DNA of 64,000 nt from Promethearchaeota archaeon. Lineage in GTDB: Archaea > Asgardarchaeota > Lokiarchaeia > Sigyniarchaeales > SOKP01. The DNA is taken from assembly GCA_029838195.1 (NCBI GenBank), contig JALGVJ010000018.1:10204-74203 (forward strand), read 5' to 3'. The position numbers and the translations under genes are program-made. The notes under the pieces were generated by a model. It worked only from the letters and a program-made list of their open reading frames with translations. It had not been told where the DNA came from and searched no databases. Below, piece by piece: positions 1 through 9,507 of this stretch. The stretch's first letter is position 1; each line of letters begins with the position of its first letter.

Positions 1-361
1 CCCTGTATTTTTCAATTTCTTCCATCCATTTTTTAGTGTCTGGTTTTTTCAATTTGAACTCATATCTTTTTTTGATAATACGTTCCACGGCATTATCCTC
101 CTTTAAATCATCCATTATAGCTAAAAATGTCCCATATTCTTGATTTTCTTCCATGATTAAAATTCTTATTTCTTTTCCTCTTTCTTTTTCAAGTTTTTCT
201 TTATATCTTTCCGCTAGAACCCGTTTCTCGGATGAATTATTACTTCCAATCCAAATATTTACGATTTCATCATCATCTACCACATAAATTTCATTGGAAT
301 CAAAAGGAATTTGTTTTATATCCCTTAATTCTCCTTTATCATCCAATTTGAGAAATCTCAA
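1..361 (-). CDS. gelsolin-domain protein (Asgard type), partial, runs off the window start
   Basis: Not in the ORF track. Manual translation from TTG at 361: MRFLKLDDKGELRDIKQIPFDSNEIYVVDDDEIVNIWIGSNNSSEKRVLAERY...RILIMEENQEYGTFLAIM. Shows the gelsolin repeat pattern (Y-V-V-D...W-I-G...E-x-x-E-x-x-x-F). Confidence 0.75.
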   Translation of the reverse strand, partial: MRFLKLDDKGELRDIKQIPFDSNEIYVVDDDEIVNIWIGSNNSSEKRVLAERYKEKLEKERGKEIRILIMEENQEYGTFLAIMDDLKEDNAVERIIKKRYEFKLKKPDTKKWMEEIEKYR

Positions 362-681
362 ATTATTCGCCCCTTACCTTGAGTTTCATTTTATTTTTAT
401 AGTGCGGGTTAGAAAAATAATGATATACTAATTTATTAAAAATACTTTAAACAATAAGTTCCATTCTCTTATTAATTATTAAGATCACTTACTATTAAAA
501 ACAATAGGATTTCTTTGATCATGCTTATCTCAACAAGGAAAGGAAAGGTTTTGTTCTTTTAATTTAAATGTTTTTCATGACCTTGGAGTTCAAAATCTTC
601 CTCCTATTGCTTCTCTTTTCAATCATGGAAGGATTTTAATACACGATAAAAAGGAGCCCCCTAACTCTGGAGATAAGAATC

Positions 682-960
682 TTATTTTTCTTCAAATTCA
701 ATTAGTTCATATCGAATATCTCCACTATAGGTGGTTTTTTCCTCTAATTTTCGAATTTTATTACCTATTTTAAATCGCATTCCTTTTTCTTGAGCATAAA
801 TTATTCGCTTCAATAATTCTGCCGTAGTTGGTAAGCTTATAGAATCATCACACTCATCACGCAAGAATTCGCGAACATTAGTGGGGTTATATAAGATGTT
901 TAGCTTGAGTTTTAAAAAAATATCGACCATCCGGATGATCCAATCTCTTTTTATCTTCAT
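682..960 (-). CDS. hypothetical protein, 92 aa
   Basis: ATG-started ORF in an otherwise non-coding gap, with plausible composition and no recognised motif. Confidence 0.55.
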   Translation of the reverse strand: MKIKRDWIIRMVDIFLKLKLNILYNPTNVREFLRDECDDSISLPTTAELLKRIIYAQEKGMRFKIGNKIRKLEEKTTYSGDIRYELIEFEEK

Positions 961-1199
961 GATGATACGATTTTTCTTTATGATAATATGGTTTTTTTAT
1001 TATTTATATTTTATTTTTTTTGATAACTAAAGAATTTTAATATTTACTTAAAATATACTTTAGTTTATAACAGATTTTCTTTATATAGCTGTCGATATAT
1101 TTATATATTCTGTTGGATATTTTAATATTGATCATATATTATTGATCGATCTTAAAAAAAATCAATTCTATCGATAAAAAAAGAGGTCAATATTAAAAT

Positions 1200-3272
1200 A
1201 TGGCTTTTGAAAAGAATATCAAGAGCTTAGTTTTTCCAATGGCATTTCCGGGGCCTCGGTTAGGCCATTCCACGATGTTAGGGGAGGCTCCTGAAAAATA
1301 TTTATTGGATTCAATTCAATTTTTAAAAGAATTGAATTATTTTGATGGCTTGGAGATCACGCATATTAAAGATCCAGAGATTAAAGAAAAATTTATTGAA
1401 GCGATAAAAAGTTTTAAATACATTACATATACCGCTGAACCGATTCAATTAATTAATGAAGATAACTTGATCGCTCCTGCAGATATTAGTTCTATAGATG
1501 AGTTAGAACGGCAGAACGCCGTGAAGCGATTGAAGTGGTACATGAAAGAAGCTTATGAGTATAATGCCAAACAATTTACATTTCTTAGCGGGGAAGATCC
1601 GGGAACGACAAATGGAATAAAAAGTAGGAGATTAGCAATAGATTCCTTAATAAAATCCATTAATGAAATATGTCTATTTAATAAAGAATTAGCGAAAAAA
1701 TTGAAAAAAAAGCCCATGAAGATGACTTTAGAAACGTTTGATCGGTCCAATGAGCCGGGACATAAAAATCAGTTAATAGGGCCTTCTGATGACGCTCGTT
1801 CAATTGCCATTACAATTCGTAATGTTTATCAGCACGACGAATTTGGCTTAATGTATGATTTATCTCACATGTTTTTAATTAAAACTGGGTATAATCACGA
1901 GGATTTTGACGTTATTCGTTCTTTAGCCCCATTTTTAAATTGGATTCATATTGCAAATAGCGTTTCAGACAAAAATGACCCTAATTATGGAGATACTCAT
2001 GTTTCGATGGATTATCCTAATGGAAATGTAACTCCCGAGGTCTTGAAAAATTTTCTTAAGGTTTTAAAAGATATAAATTATCAAGGCGGAATCGGATTTG
2101 AATATTCACCTCGAGGAAGGCAATTAAGTGAATCTGTTATAAAGATAGCCATAGCAGGATTTGAAGAAGCAAGGCAACAAATAGACGTGAATTATGCCTT
2201 GGGGTCTTATCGTTTTAAAACCCGTAGATTTCTGCCCGAAAAAATATTTTATATGATCACGGAAAAGAAGAAAAGTAATTTTAGCGAGATTTTAAAAGAG
2301 GAGTATGCAAATAGAGTAAAAAGAGCTCGTCCTTGGAATTCAAACTTAGTTATCATTGCGGCAGATCATCCCGCTCGAAGGGTAACAAATGTAGGGAGGA
2401 ATGAATTGGCCATGGGAGATAGACAACAATATTTAGGGCGGATTTTAAGAGTATTAATGCTAGATGAAATCGATGGAGTCATGACAACTCCTGATATCAT
2501 GGATGATCTAATGATTTTGAATTTTCTCTTGAAAGAAAAAGAAGGTCAGAGCTTCATGGATAACAAGATTTTGATTGGCTGTACAAATCGGGGCGGGTTA
2601 GCAGGCTCAACATATGAAATGGACGATAGTATAACCGCTTACACGGTTGAGGATATTAACAAACTCGGATTAGATGGAGCAAAAATGATGTTTAGATTAG
2701 ATTTAGAAACGAATATGGCAAGATATAGTCAGAGAACACTTCAATCTTGCTCGAAAATGGTGAGGGCATGTAATGATTATGATACTCCTATTTTTATCGA
2801 ACCTTTACCCGTGGAACGTCAAGATTCTATTGGATATAAAGTAAAACTTAAAGCAGATGAGCTAATAAAAACGATCGGAATAGCAACGGCGATTGGGGGG
2901 AGTTCCGCTAATATTTGGCTGAAAATTCCCTACGTGGAAGATTATGAACACGTTGTTAGGAGCACGAGTAACCCAATTTTAATGCTGGGGGGAGAAAGTA
3001 CGGGAAATCCCACCGATATTTTAGAAGAATTCGAGAAAGGATTGGGAGCGGGAAAAAATGTAAAAGGTTGCCTGGTAGGACGAAATCTACTATATCCTGG
3101 CCATGACGATCCTCGAGCTGTTGGAATAGCCGTATCAAAAATTGTTCACGATAATTTGAATACTGAAGAAGCTGTTAAAATTTTATCGGATAATCGAGGA
3201 AGAGAGATGGATTTTTTAACAAGCCCGTTAATGGGAATTTCTTTTGATGAGGATGAGATCGGGTATTTATAA
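1200..3272 (+). CDS. fusion of a sugar-phosphate isomerase/epimerase TIM barrel and a class I aldolase (DeoC/LacD clan, Cgl0159-like)
   Basis: N-half has xylose-isomerase-like metal motifs (LETFD, YDLSH, WIHIAN, GIGFEY). C-half has IAADHPAR, GAKMM, IFIEPLP, WLKIPYV (Schiff-base Lys), LMLGG and VGRNLLYP. Confidence 0.8.
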   Translation: MAFEKNIKSLVFPMAFPGPRLGHSTMLGEAPEKYLLDSIQFLKELNYFDGLEITHIKDPEIKEKFIEAIKSFKYITYTAEPIQLINEDNLIAPADISSIDELERQNAVKRLKWYMKEAYEYNAKQFTFLSGEDPGTTNGIKSRRLAIDSLIKSINEICLFNKELAKKLKKKPMKMTLETFDRSNEPGHKNQLIGPSDDARSIAITIRNVYQHDEFGLMYDLSHMFLIKTGYNHEDFDVIRSLAPFLNWIHIANSVSDKNDPNYGDTHVSMDYPNGNVTPEVLKNFLKVLKDINYQGGIGFEYSPRGRQLSESVIKIAIAGFEEARQQIDVNYALGSYRFKTRRFLPEKIFYMITEKKKSNFSEILKEEYANRVKRARPWNSNLVIIAADHPARRVTNVGRNELAMGDRQQYLGRILRVLMLDEIDGVMTTPDIMDDLMILNFLLKEKEGQSFMDNKILIGCTNRGGLAGSTYEMDDSITAYTVEDINKLGLDGAKMMFRLDLETNMARYSQRTLQSCSKMVRACNDYDTPIFIEPLPVERQDSIGYKVKLKADELIKTIGIATAIGGSSANIWLKIPYVEDYEHVVRSTSNPILMLGGESTGNPTDILEEFEKGLGAGKNVKGCLVGRNLLYPGHDDPRAVGIAVSKIVHDNLNTEEAVKILSDNRGREMDFLTSPLMGISFDEDEIGYL

Positions 3273-3296
3273 AAAGTAGAAAATTTTTATTAACTC

Positions 3297-3716
3297 ATGA
3301 GATTTCTATCGTTTCATTGTGAATATTTTAAATATAGGACGACTAAAAAAAGCCGTTCTAAGATCATCGAAAATTTATCTGAAGAGAACAAACAAGGCAT
3401 AATTCAGAACGCTATTGTACTATTTATCAGTTTTGAAAAAGAAGATGAGAATAATCCTTTTATTTTAAAACAATGCATTAAAGAGATTAAAGCAATTACC
3501 CAACAACTAAAGGTACACAACATGGTTCTTTTGTCTTTCGCCCATTTATTTGGAGAATTAAGCAGCCCTGAATTCGGATTTATTTCAATAAAAAAATTAG
3601 AAGAAAAATTAAAAGAAAATAGCTTTACGATCCTCCGACCTCCTTTTGGCTGGTTCAATGAATTAGAATTAAAAGCAAAAGGACATCCTCTTTCCAGAAT
3701 AGCCAGAAAAATTTAA
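3297..3716 (+). CDS. stand-alone archaeal threonyl-tRNA synthetase editing domain
   Basis: MRFLSFH start, FAHL, PFGW and KGHPLS motifs of the archaeal ThrRS N-terminal editing domain. Confidence 0.85.
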   Translation: MRFLSFHCEYFKYRTTKKSRSKIIENLSEENKQGIIQNAIVLFISFEKEDENNPFILKQCIKEIKAITQQLKVHNMVLLSFAHLFGELSSPEFGFISIKKLEEKLKENSFTILRPPFGWFNELELKAKGHPLSRIARKI

Positions 3717-3811
3717 TAAATAAATAAAAGAACCATGACACGGAGAGAGAATATTTTCTTCAATCTCCATATCTAAGGATGCATGCCAAGAGTCCACTTT
3801 GATTAAAAACA

Positions 3812-4500
3812 TCATTGCAATATCGAATGTAAGAGAATAGTTTCCTGAAAATAAGGATAACATTTATTTTTATCAATACAAGATTTAAGGGCTCCTATGG
3901 ATTCAATTCCCTCTAAATATGGCACGAATTCATCCCTAATCGCATTAGTAGGGCAATTTTTTTGACATGAGCCACATGAACGGCAATATTTTTCAATCCA
4001 TGCGTGTTCTCGAGAATCCGTGTAATTAAAATAGGGTTTATCTATAAAAATAGGGGCAATTCTCTGCCGAGGTCCAAATTCAGGAGTGATTAATAATCCC
4101 ATTTTTCCTCGCCATCCCATTCCCGCTTTAGCGGCTAAAGGGGGTGTTAAGGTTAATCCATCTAAGGGATGATTGTCTTGACATTTAATTCCTTTCTTTC
4201 TTAACCAATGTGCGATATCATGGATGGCTTTTCCTAGATGCCAATATACTCTCATGGTCTCGATGCCCGCCTCAATTTCTGGGGCCTTTTCTATTTCATT
4301 TTTCTTCATCTCTTCTATAAAAATAAGAGCGTGAGGATAAGAGATAAATCGTCCTTGGAAAATTAATTCACGAGGAATTCTTGTAAAGCCTATTTTTTTA
4401 ATTCCCCATTTATTTTAATTCCCCATTTATTTAAAGCATATTGTTTTAATTCATTCCATAACACATTTTTCGTGTATTCATAAGGGTAGATTTCTACAAC
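3812..4500 (-). pseudogene. degraded reductive-dehalogenase/QueG-like 4Fe-4S protein
   Basis: AAKAGMGWRGKMGLLITPEFGPRQR and CxxCxxCxxxCP motifs. The second Fe-S motif is truncated, and the 5' part is frameshifted by a 17-bp tandem duplication. Confidence 0.75.
4398..4431. repeat. perfect 17-bp tandem duplication TTAATTCCCCATTTATT x2
   Basis: Read directly: 4398-4414 and 4415-4431. Confidence 0.95.
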
Positions 4501-4894
4501 CTCTTTATTTTGAACGAGAAATATTTAGTAGGGGGATGAAGGCAATTGTTTAAATAAAAAAGAGGTCTACTATTTTCATGCTATATTTTCATGCCGAAAT
4601 AAAATTATTCAACTTCATGCCAGAAAGAAGAAAGAGAAATCTCTTTTTCCTAATTTGAATTATTAATGATTTCTTTATGATAATCAAAATGATTTAAAAC
4701 GAGTTCATTTTCAGAACTCTCTCATTTGATACAACGAGAACGAAAAAACTATTAAAATCGGGGCAAATCTCGTTTTAAATTATAATATTTGAACCACATG
4801 GGAAAAGGAATGTTGTAAGTCGTACTCGGAGGTAAATTAAAATTTATAGTTAATTAAAGAAAATTATTAAAATCTTAAGTTCTTTATTGAAAAT

Positions 4895-5605
4895 ATGAGA
4901 AAAGAAGAATTATTACTGAATCACTTATCACCGTTTCTTAGAGACAAGAAAGGAATACTACTTCCGAAACTAGAGCCATCTTTATCGTCTAAAAAAAAGC
5001 AGCTAAAAACAGGAACTACAACGGTAGGATTAACATGCAAGGATGCTGTAATTTTAGGAACAGACAAACGGGCAACGATGGCATATTTTATTGCCAGTAA
5101 GACTTCAGAAAAATTACATGAAATTCAAAAACATTTATGGATGACAATTGCAGGGTCTGTAGCAGACGCTCAATATTTAATTGACATTTTAAGAGCGGAA
5201 ACCACCCTTTATCAATTAGAGAAAGAAAAACCTGTAAAGGTTAGGGCTGCCGGCCGACTTCTTTCTAACATGTTATATAGTAGTAAACTGTTTCCCTATG
5301 AAGTGGGTTTAATATTAGGAGGTGTTACTGAAGAAGAGGGTCCCTTGCTATTAGATGTGGGGGCATATGGTTCCTTATTAGAGGAAAAATATTGTTCTAT
5401 AGGGAGCGGCCAAAATTTCTCGTATGGAGTTCTTGAATCAAAGTATAAAGAAAATCTTTCTATTGAAGAGGGTAAAAATATAGTAAAAGCAGCCATTACA
5501 TCTTCTATAATCCGGGACATGGCGAGTGGTAATGGAATTGATATCGTAGTTGTGAAAAAAGAAGGTCCCACAGAGCGCATGTTTTATCCCATTAAAAAAG
5601 AATAA
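4895..5605 (+). CDS. psmB: proteasome subunit beta
   Basis: Propeptide followed by TG|TTTVG (catalytic Thr), DKRAT, AGSVADAQ, GSG and RDMASG. Confidence 0.95.
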   Translation: MRKEELLLNHLSPFLRDKKGILLPKLEPSLSSKKKQLKTGTTTVGLTCKDAVILGTDKRATMAYFIASKTSEKLHEIQKHLWMTIAGSVADAQYLIDILRAETTLYQLEKEKPVKVRAAGRLLSNMLYSSKLFPYEVGLILGGVTEEEGPLLLDVGAYGSLLEEKYCSIGSGQNFSYGVLESKYKENLSIEEGKNIVKAAITSSIIRDMASGNGIDIVVVKKEGPTERMFYPIKKE

Positions 5606-5889
5606 AAGAGAATTGGTATTATTTCATTGTTTTTTAATTTAACGTTTCATATTTATTATTCCTTCTTTTTAGTTTGTTCCAAATTAATAAAAAATTGAAA
5701 AAAATTATTTTTCGAACGACAGAAATCTTTCCCTACAAAAACATAAACTTTAAATTGAATCAATGTGCAAAAATAAAATTTATAATAAGAAACTTCTTTA
5801 TACAAATAAACTAAAATAGAAGATTAATTTACAAATTTTTATTAAAAGAGTTTGGATCAAACTATAACAATGTAAACAAGGATAAACAG

Positions 5890-6624
5890 ATGAGTTATAG
5901 AATAATTGTGGATTTATCTCACAACGAGCAAATTGAAGAATTCCCGGAATTTTCCTTGGGAGAAGATGATTATGAGGTTCACTACATAGATAGAAATGAA
6001 GGTCCTATCGATTACGAGCAATTGGAAGATTTTGATATTTTATTCATGGGTAATATCCAGCATGATAAAAAAAATAAAACCGATCGATTTATTCCTGATG
6101 AGTTAAAAGCTATTAAAAGATTCATTGGAGAAGGAGAAGGAGGCCTTTTATTAACTTCTGGCGCTGGCGGTGATAACGATATTCCCATGAAAGAGGGATC
6201 CATCCGAGTGTTATATAAAATCACGGGTGTAAAACGATTCTGGAATGGCGTTATTTTGGAAACGGGTTCTAATTTTCTCGTGAATAGAGAAAACGTGCTT
6301 GCTACTGAACTTTATAATCATCCAATTACTAAAAAAATCACAGAATTGGTCTTTCCTAATTGTTGTTTTTTTAGTTTGTCTGACGAAGAGGTGGATGATA
6401 TCGTAGTGACCTCAGAAAAGGCTGAATTTAAATATTTCGAGGATGATGAAGTGAGCGCAATTGGTCCCGTACCCATCTGCGTGGCTTCAACATTTTATGG
6501 GGGAAGATGCGTTACTGTCGGCTCTTCGGAATTTTTACTAGAAGACTCAGATTATGGGATTGACAGTGGAGATAATTTGCGTTTCCTGAAAAACATCATT
6601 CGCTGGCTAACTTTTGAAATTTAA
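5890..6624 (+). CDS. GIFT/DUF4350-like (GldG/IFT52 N-terminal) domain protein
   Basis: IVDLSHNE start, ELKAIKRFIGEGEGGLLL, HPITKKI, and GGRCVTVGSSEF...DNLRFLKNIIRWL. Confidence 0.6.
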   Translation: MSYRIIVDLSHNEQIEEFPEFSLGEDDYEVHYIDRNEGPIDYEQLEDFDILFMGNIQHDKKNKTDRFIPDELKAIKRFIGEGEGGLLLTSGAGGDNDIPMKEGSIRVLYKITGVKRFWNGVILETGSNFLVNRENVLATELYNHPITKKITELVFPNCCFFSLSDEEVDDIVVTSEKAEFKYFEDDEVSAIGPVPICVASTFYGGRCVTVGSSEFLLEDSDYGIDSGDNLRFLKNIIRWLTFEI

Positions 6625-6831
6625 TTTAATTTATCATTGAAAATCCTTATTCTGTTTTTATTTTTTTCAAAAATCATTAAAGAAATATTTAAAAATTCAG
6701 AAAAATTAGAATTTTTGATTTTAATTTAATAGTTGAATTATATTCGTAATTAATTTATTTTAAATTGAAGTTCACGTTATTATCGTTTCATTCATTTATT
6801 TTATATAACTAGCTATGGTATTATTTGGATC

Positions 6832-7944
6832 ATGGTTTTTCGATTATTGAGACCCGATGCAGAAAGGGCTTGGAAGCATCCCGAAATCTTGAGAAGATTT
6901 TCTCGTTATCGGGGAATTATTGAAGGAACTCGAATTGCCCGCTACCTCCTTGCAAAATCTATTAAGTGTTCTTTTAATGAAACGAACTCGCTAGAAGATT
7001 TATTATTAGAATTTAAAACTAAAACCAAAAAATTTCGTGATATTTTAAGGAAGGAAGGGGAGATTTCAGAACTGGGAAATGAAAAGGAACATTCTTATAT
7101 TGCTTTAGCAGAGAGAATAGCTAATGAATATTTAAAAAGCTGCAATTTCTGTGAAAGAAGATGTGGAGCGAATCGCAGTGAAGGGGAAAAAGGATTTTGC
7201 TTGGTGCCGAAAGATGCTTTTATTTCTTCTGCTTTCTTACATTATGGGGAGGAGAGCGTGCTAGTTCCTAGCGGCACCATTTTTTTTCAGGGGTGTAACT
7301 TTGCTTGTTGTTTTTGTCAAAACTACGATATTTCGCAAGCATGGAAAAAAAGATATCCAATAGAAGAAGTAGCACAGAAAGTCTCGGGAAATACATTAGC
7401 GAATTTAGCTGAAAAATTATGCAATAACGGTGCGTTAAACATAAACTACGTTGGTGGGGACCCAATTCCGAATATTCACGTGATATTAAATAGCTTGAGG
7501 TATCAATCGAAAAATATTTGTCAGCTATGGAATTCAAACTTTTATTTAACTGAAGAGAGCTTATCGTTAATATTAGATTTGATGGATTTCTGGCTTCCTG
7601 ATTTTAAATATGGGAATAATGACTGTGCAAAAAAATATTCCGGAATAGAGAATTACTATGACGTGATTACCAGAAACTTAAAGATAATTCATGATGTGGG
7701 AAGTGGCGAAATTATCATTCGTCATTTAGTCATGCCCAATCACGTGGAGTGTTGTTCAATTCCTATCTTAGATTATATTGCGAAAGAAGTGCCAAAATGC
7801 GTTGTAAATATAATGGCACAGTATAGACCCGTTTATCATGCATTTAATCATACTGAAATAAATCGACGTCCTACGTCAGAAGAACTCCAAAAAGTAAAAC
7901 AGCACGCAAAACTTCTTGGAATTCTTTTCGAACCCGTCTCATGA
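6832..7944 (+). CDS. radical SAM protein, PflX family
   Basis: CNFCERRC, HYGEE, SGTIFFQGCNFACCFCQNYDIS (CxxxCxxC), PDFKYG, IRHLVMPNH and NIMAQYRP. Confidence 0.9.
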   Translation: MVFRLLRPDAERAWKHPEILRRFSRYRGIIEGTRIARYLLAKSIKCSFNETNSLEDLLLEFKTKTKKFRDILRKEGEISELGNEKEHSYIALAERIANEYLKSCNFCERRCGANRSEGEKGFCLVPKDAFISSAFLHYGEESVLVPSGTIFFQGCNFACCFCQNYDISQAWKKRYPIEEVAQKVSGNTLANLAEKLCNNGALNINYVGGDPIPNIHVILNSLRYQSKNICQLWNSNFYLTEESLSLILDLMDFWLPDFKYGNNDCAKKYSGIENYYDVITRNLKIIHDVGSGEIIIRHLVMPNHVECCSIPILDYIAKEVPKCVVNIMAQYRPVYHAFNHTEINRRPTSEELQKVKQHAKLLGILFEPVS

Positions 7945-8073
7945 ATTAAGAATACTTTATTATGAAATCTGAATTAGATTAGAAAAAAATTTCGTGGTCT
8001 CTTTTTTCGAAAAAGCTATAAGCCATCCAAAATTCCTCTATTCATTAAGAATCATTTCAGATATAAGATTAAA

Positions 8074-9222
8074 ATGAGTCTTAGATTAGAAGATATAAAG
8101 GGATTGGAAAAAAAGACTATTGATTCTTTAAAATCTGCGGGAATTGATACGGTAGAAAAACTAGCTAATACGGAAACAGAAAAATTGCTTGAAATTAAAG
8201 GAATAGGTGAATCAAGCGCAAAAATATATATTGAGAGCGCAAAAGAGCTATTAAATAAGCATGAAGGCGCTGAATCCCCTCAAGCGGAGGAAAAAACTGA
8301 AGAGGAGGCTATAATTGAAGATGAGTTGAAAAAAGCGGAAGAAAAAAAGGAACGATTAAAAGGTAAACCCGTTCAAGAAGGTGATTTTATCTTAGTAAGA
8401 ATTACGGGAAAAACTCAAAAAGGGAAGGTATTCCAAGTTTCTTCAATTGAAGATGCCAAGAAAGCAGGAATTTATGATGAAGAGAAAGCAAAACAAGGAT
8501 ACTATTCTCCGGAATTTGTTATTGTGGGAAAACCAGGGTTTTTAAATGAGGGGCTGACTGAAGTTATTGAAAAAATGAATTATTTTGAAAAAAAATCGGT
8601 TAGGATTCCTCCAAACAAGGCTTTTGGAAAAAGAGATCCGCAGAAAATTGAACGAATTGGCATTGCTAAGTTTAAGCGCATGAACGAAGGAAAAAATCCG
8701 CAAATTGGCCAGGAGTTTGTCAAAAAAGGAACGGGACAACGGGGTGTCATTACCAACATTACTCAAGGAAAAGTTATCATCGATTATAATCATCCTTTAG
8801 CAGGCCAGCATCTCGATTATAACATTGAAATAATTGATAAATTTGAAGATTTTGAAGAAAAAATTCATCAACTCATGTTTTCGAAAGGGATACCTAAAGA
8901 AAACATATCCGACTTCAAATTGAATTACCTCAAGGAAAAAAAGACTCTTGAAATTACCATTCCAAAGATGTTTCTTTTTCAAAACTTAACTTACTTTAAA
9001 TTTGCCTTAGCCATGGACTTACAAACTCACATGGAAGACGAAATAGATACAGTAAAATTCATTGAAATCTATGAAAAAATACCAGCACCCGTACCTCCAG
9101 AAGAATCCGTTAAAAAAAAATTAGAAGAATATTCTAAAAAACAAGAAGAAAAACAAGAAGAAAAACAAGAAGAAAAAGATTCGGCTTCCGCTGAAACATC
9201 AACGGTAAAAGAAAACGAATAA
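8074..9222 (+). CDS. long-type archaeal FKBP/SlyD peptidyl-prolyl isomerase with an N-terminal helix-hairpin-helix domain
   Basis: GDFILV, IPPNKAFGKRDP and IDYNHPLAG (FKBP plus IF domain). N-terminal IKGLEKKT...IKGIGESSA are HhH motifs. Confidence 0.88.
   Translation: MSLRLEDIKGLEKKTIDSLKSAGIDTVEKLANTETEKLLEIKGIGESSAKIYIESAKELLNKHEGAESPQAEEKTEEEAIIEDELKKAEEKKERLKGKPVQEGDFILVRITGKTQKGKVFQVSSIEDAKKAGIYDEEKAKQGYYSPEFVIVGKPGFLNEGLTEVIEKMNYFEKKSVRIPPNKAFGKRDPQKIERIGIAKFKRMNEGKNPQIGQEFVKKGTGQRGVITNITQGKVIIDYNHPLAGQHLDYNIEIIDKFEDFEEKIHQLMFSKGIPKENISDFKLNYLKEKKTLEITIPKMFLFQNLTYFKFALAMDLQTHMEDEIDTVKFIEIYEKIPAPVPPEESVKKKLEEYSKKQEEKQEEKQEEKDSASAETSTVKENE
9139..9174 (+). repeat. 12-bp coding tandem repeat AAACAAGAAGAA x3 (KQEE x3)
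   Basis: Read directly in the FKBP C-terminal tail. Confidence 0.9.
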
Positions 9223-9507
9223 TTTAATTACTCTCATGGAGAAATAATGTACATTCTTTTCCTTACCTTAATTAACATTTTTCCAAGAGATAATAGCTAT
9301 TTTTAATTTTACTAAATTCTTGCCAATTTAAGCATTATTCCTTATTATTCTTCACTTTTTTATTAACATTCTCTTTAATATACCGATAAAATTAACTTCT
9401 TCTACATTAAATAAAAGCTTAAGGATTAAAAATAAAAAAAAAAAGAGATACAAAGAAAGTAAGAAAAACATTAAATGTTTAGATGTTACACATGCAATTT
9501 AATTTTT

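Noticed and set aside
4500-4780. Recurring AACGAG hexamers and a short TATTTTCATGC repeat upstream of psmB
   Set aside because: Too short and irregularly spaced to distinguish from chance or pseudogene decay.
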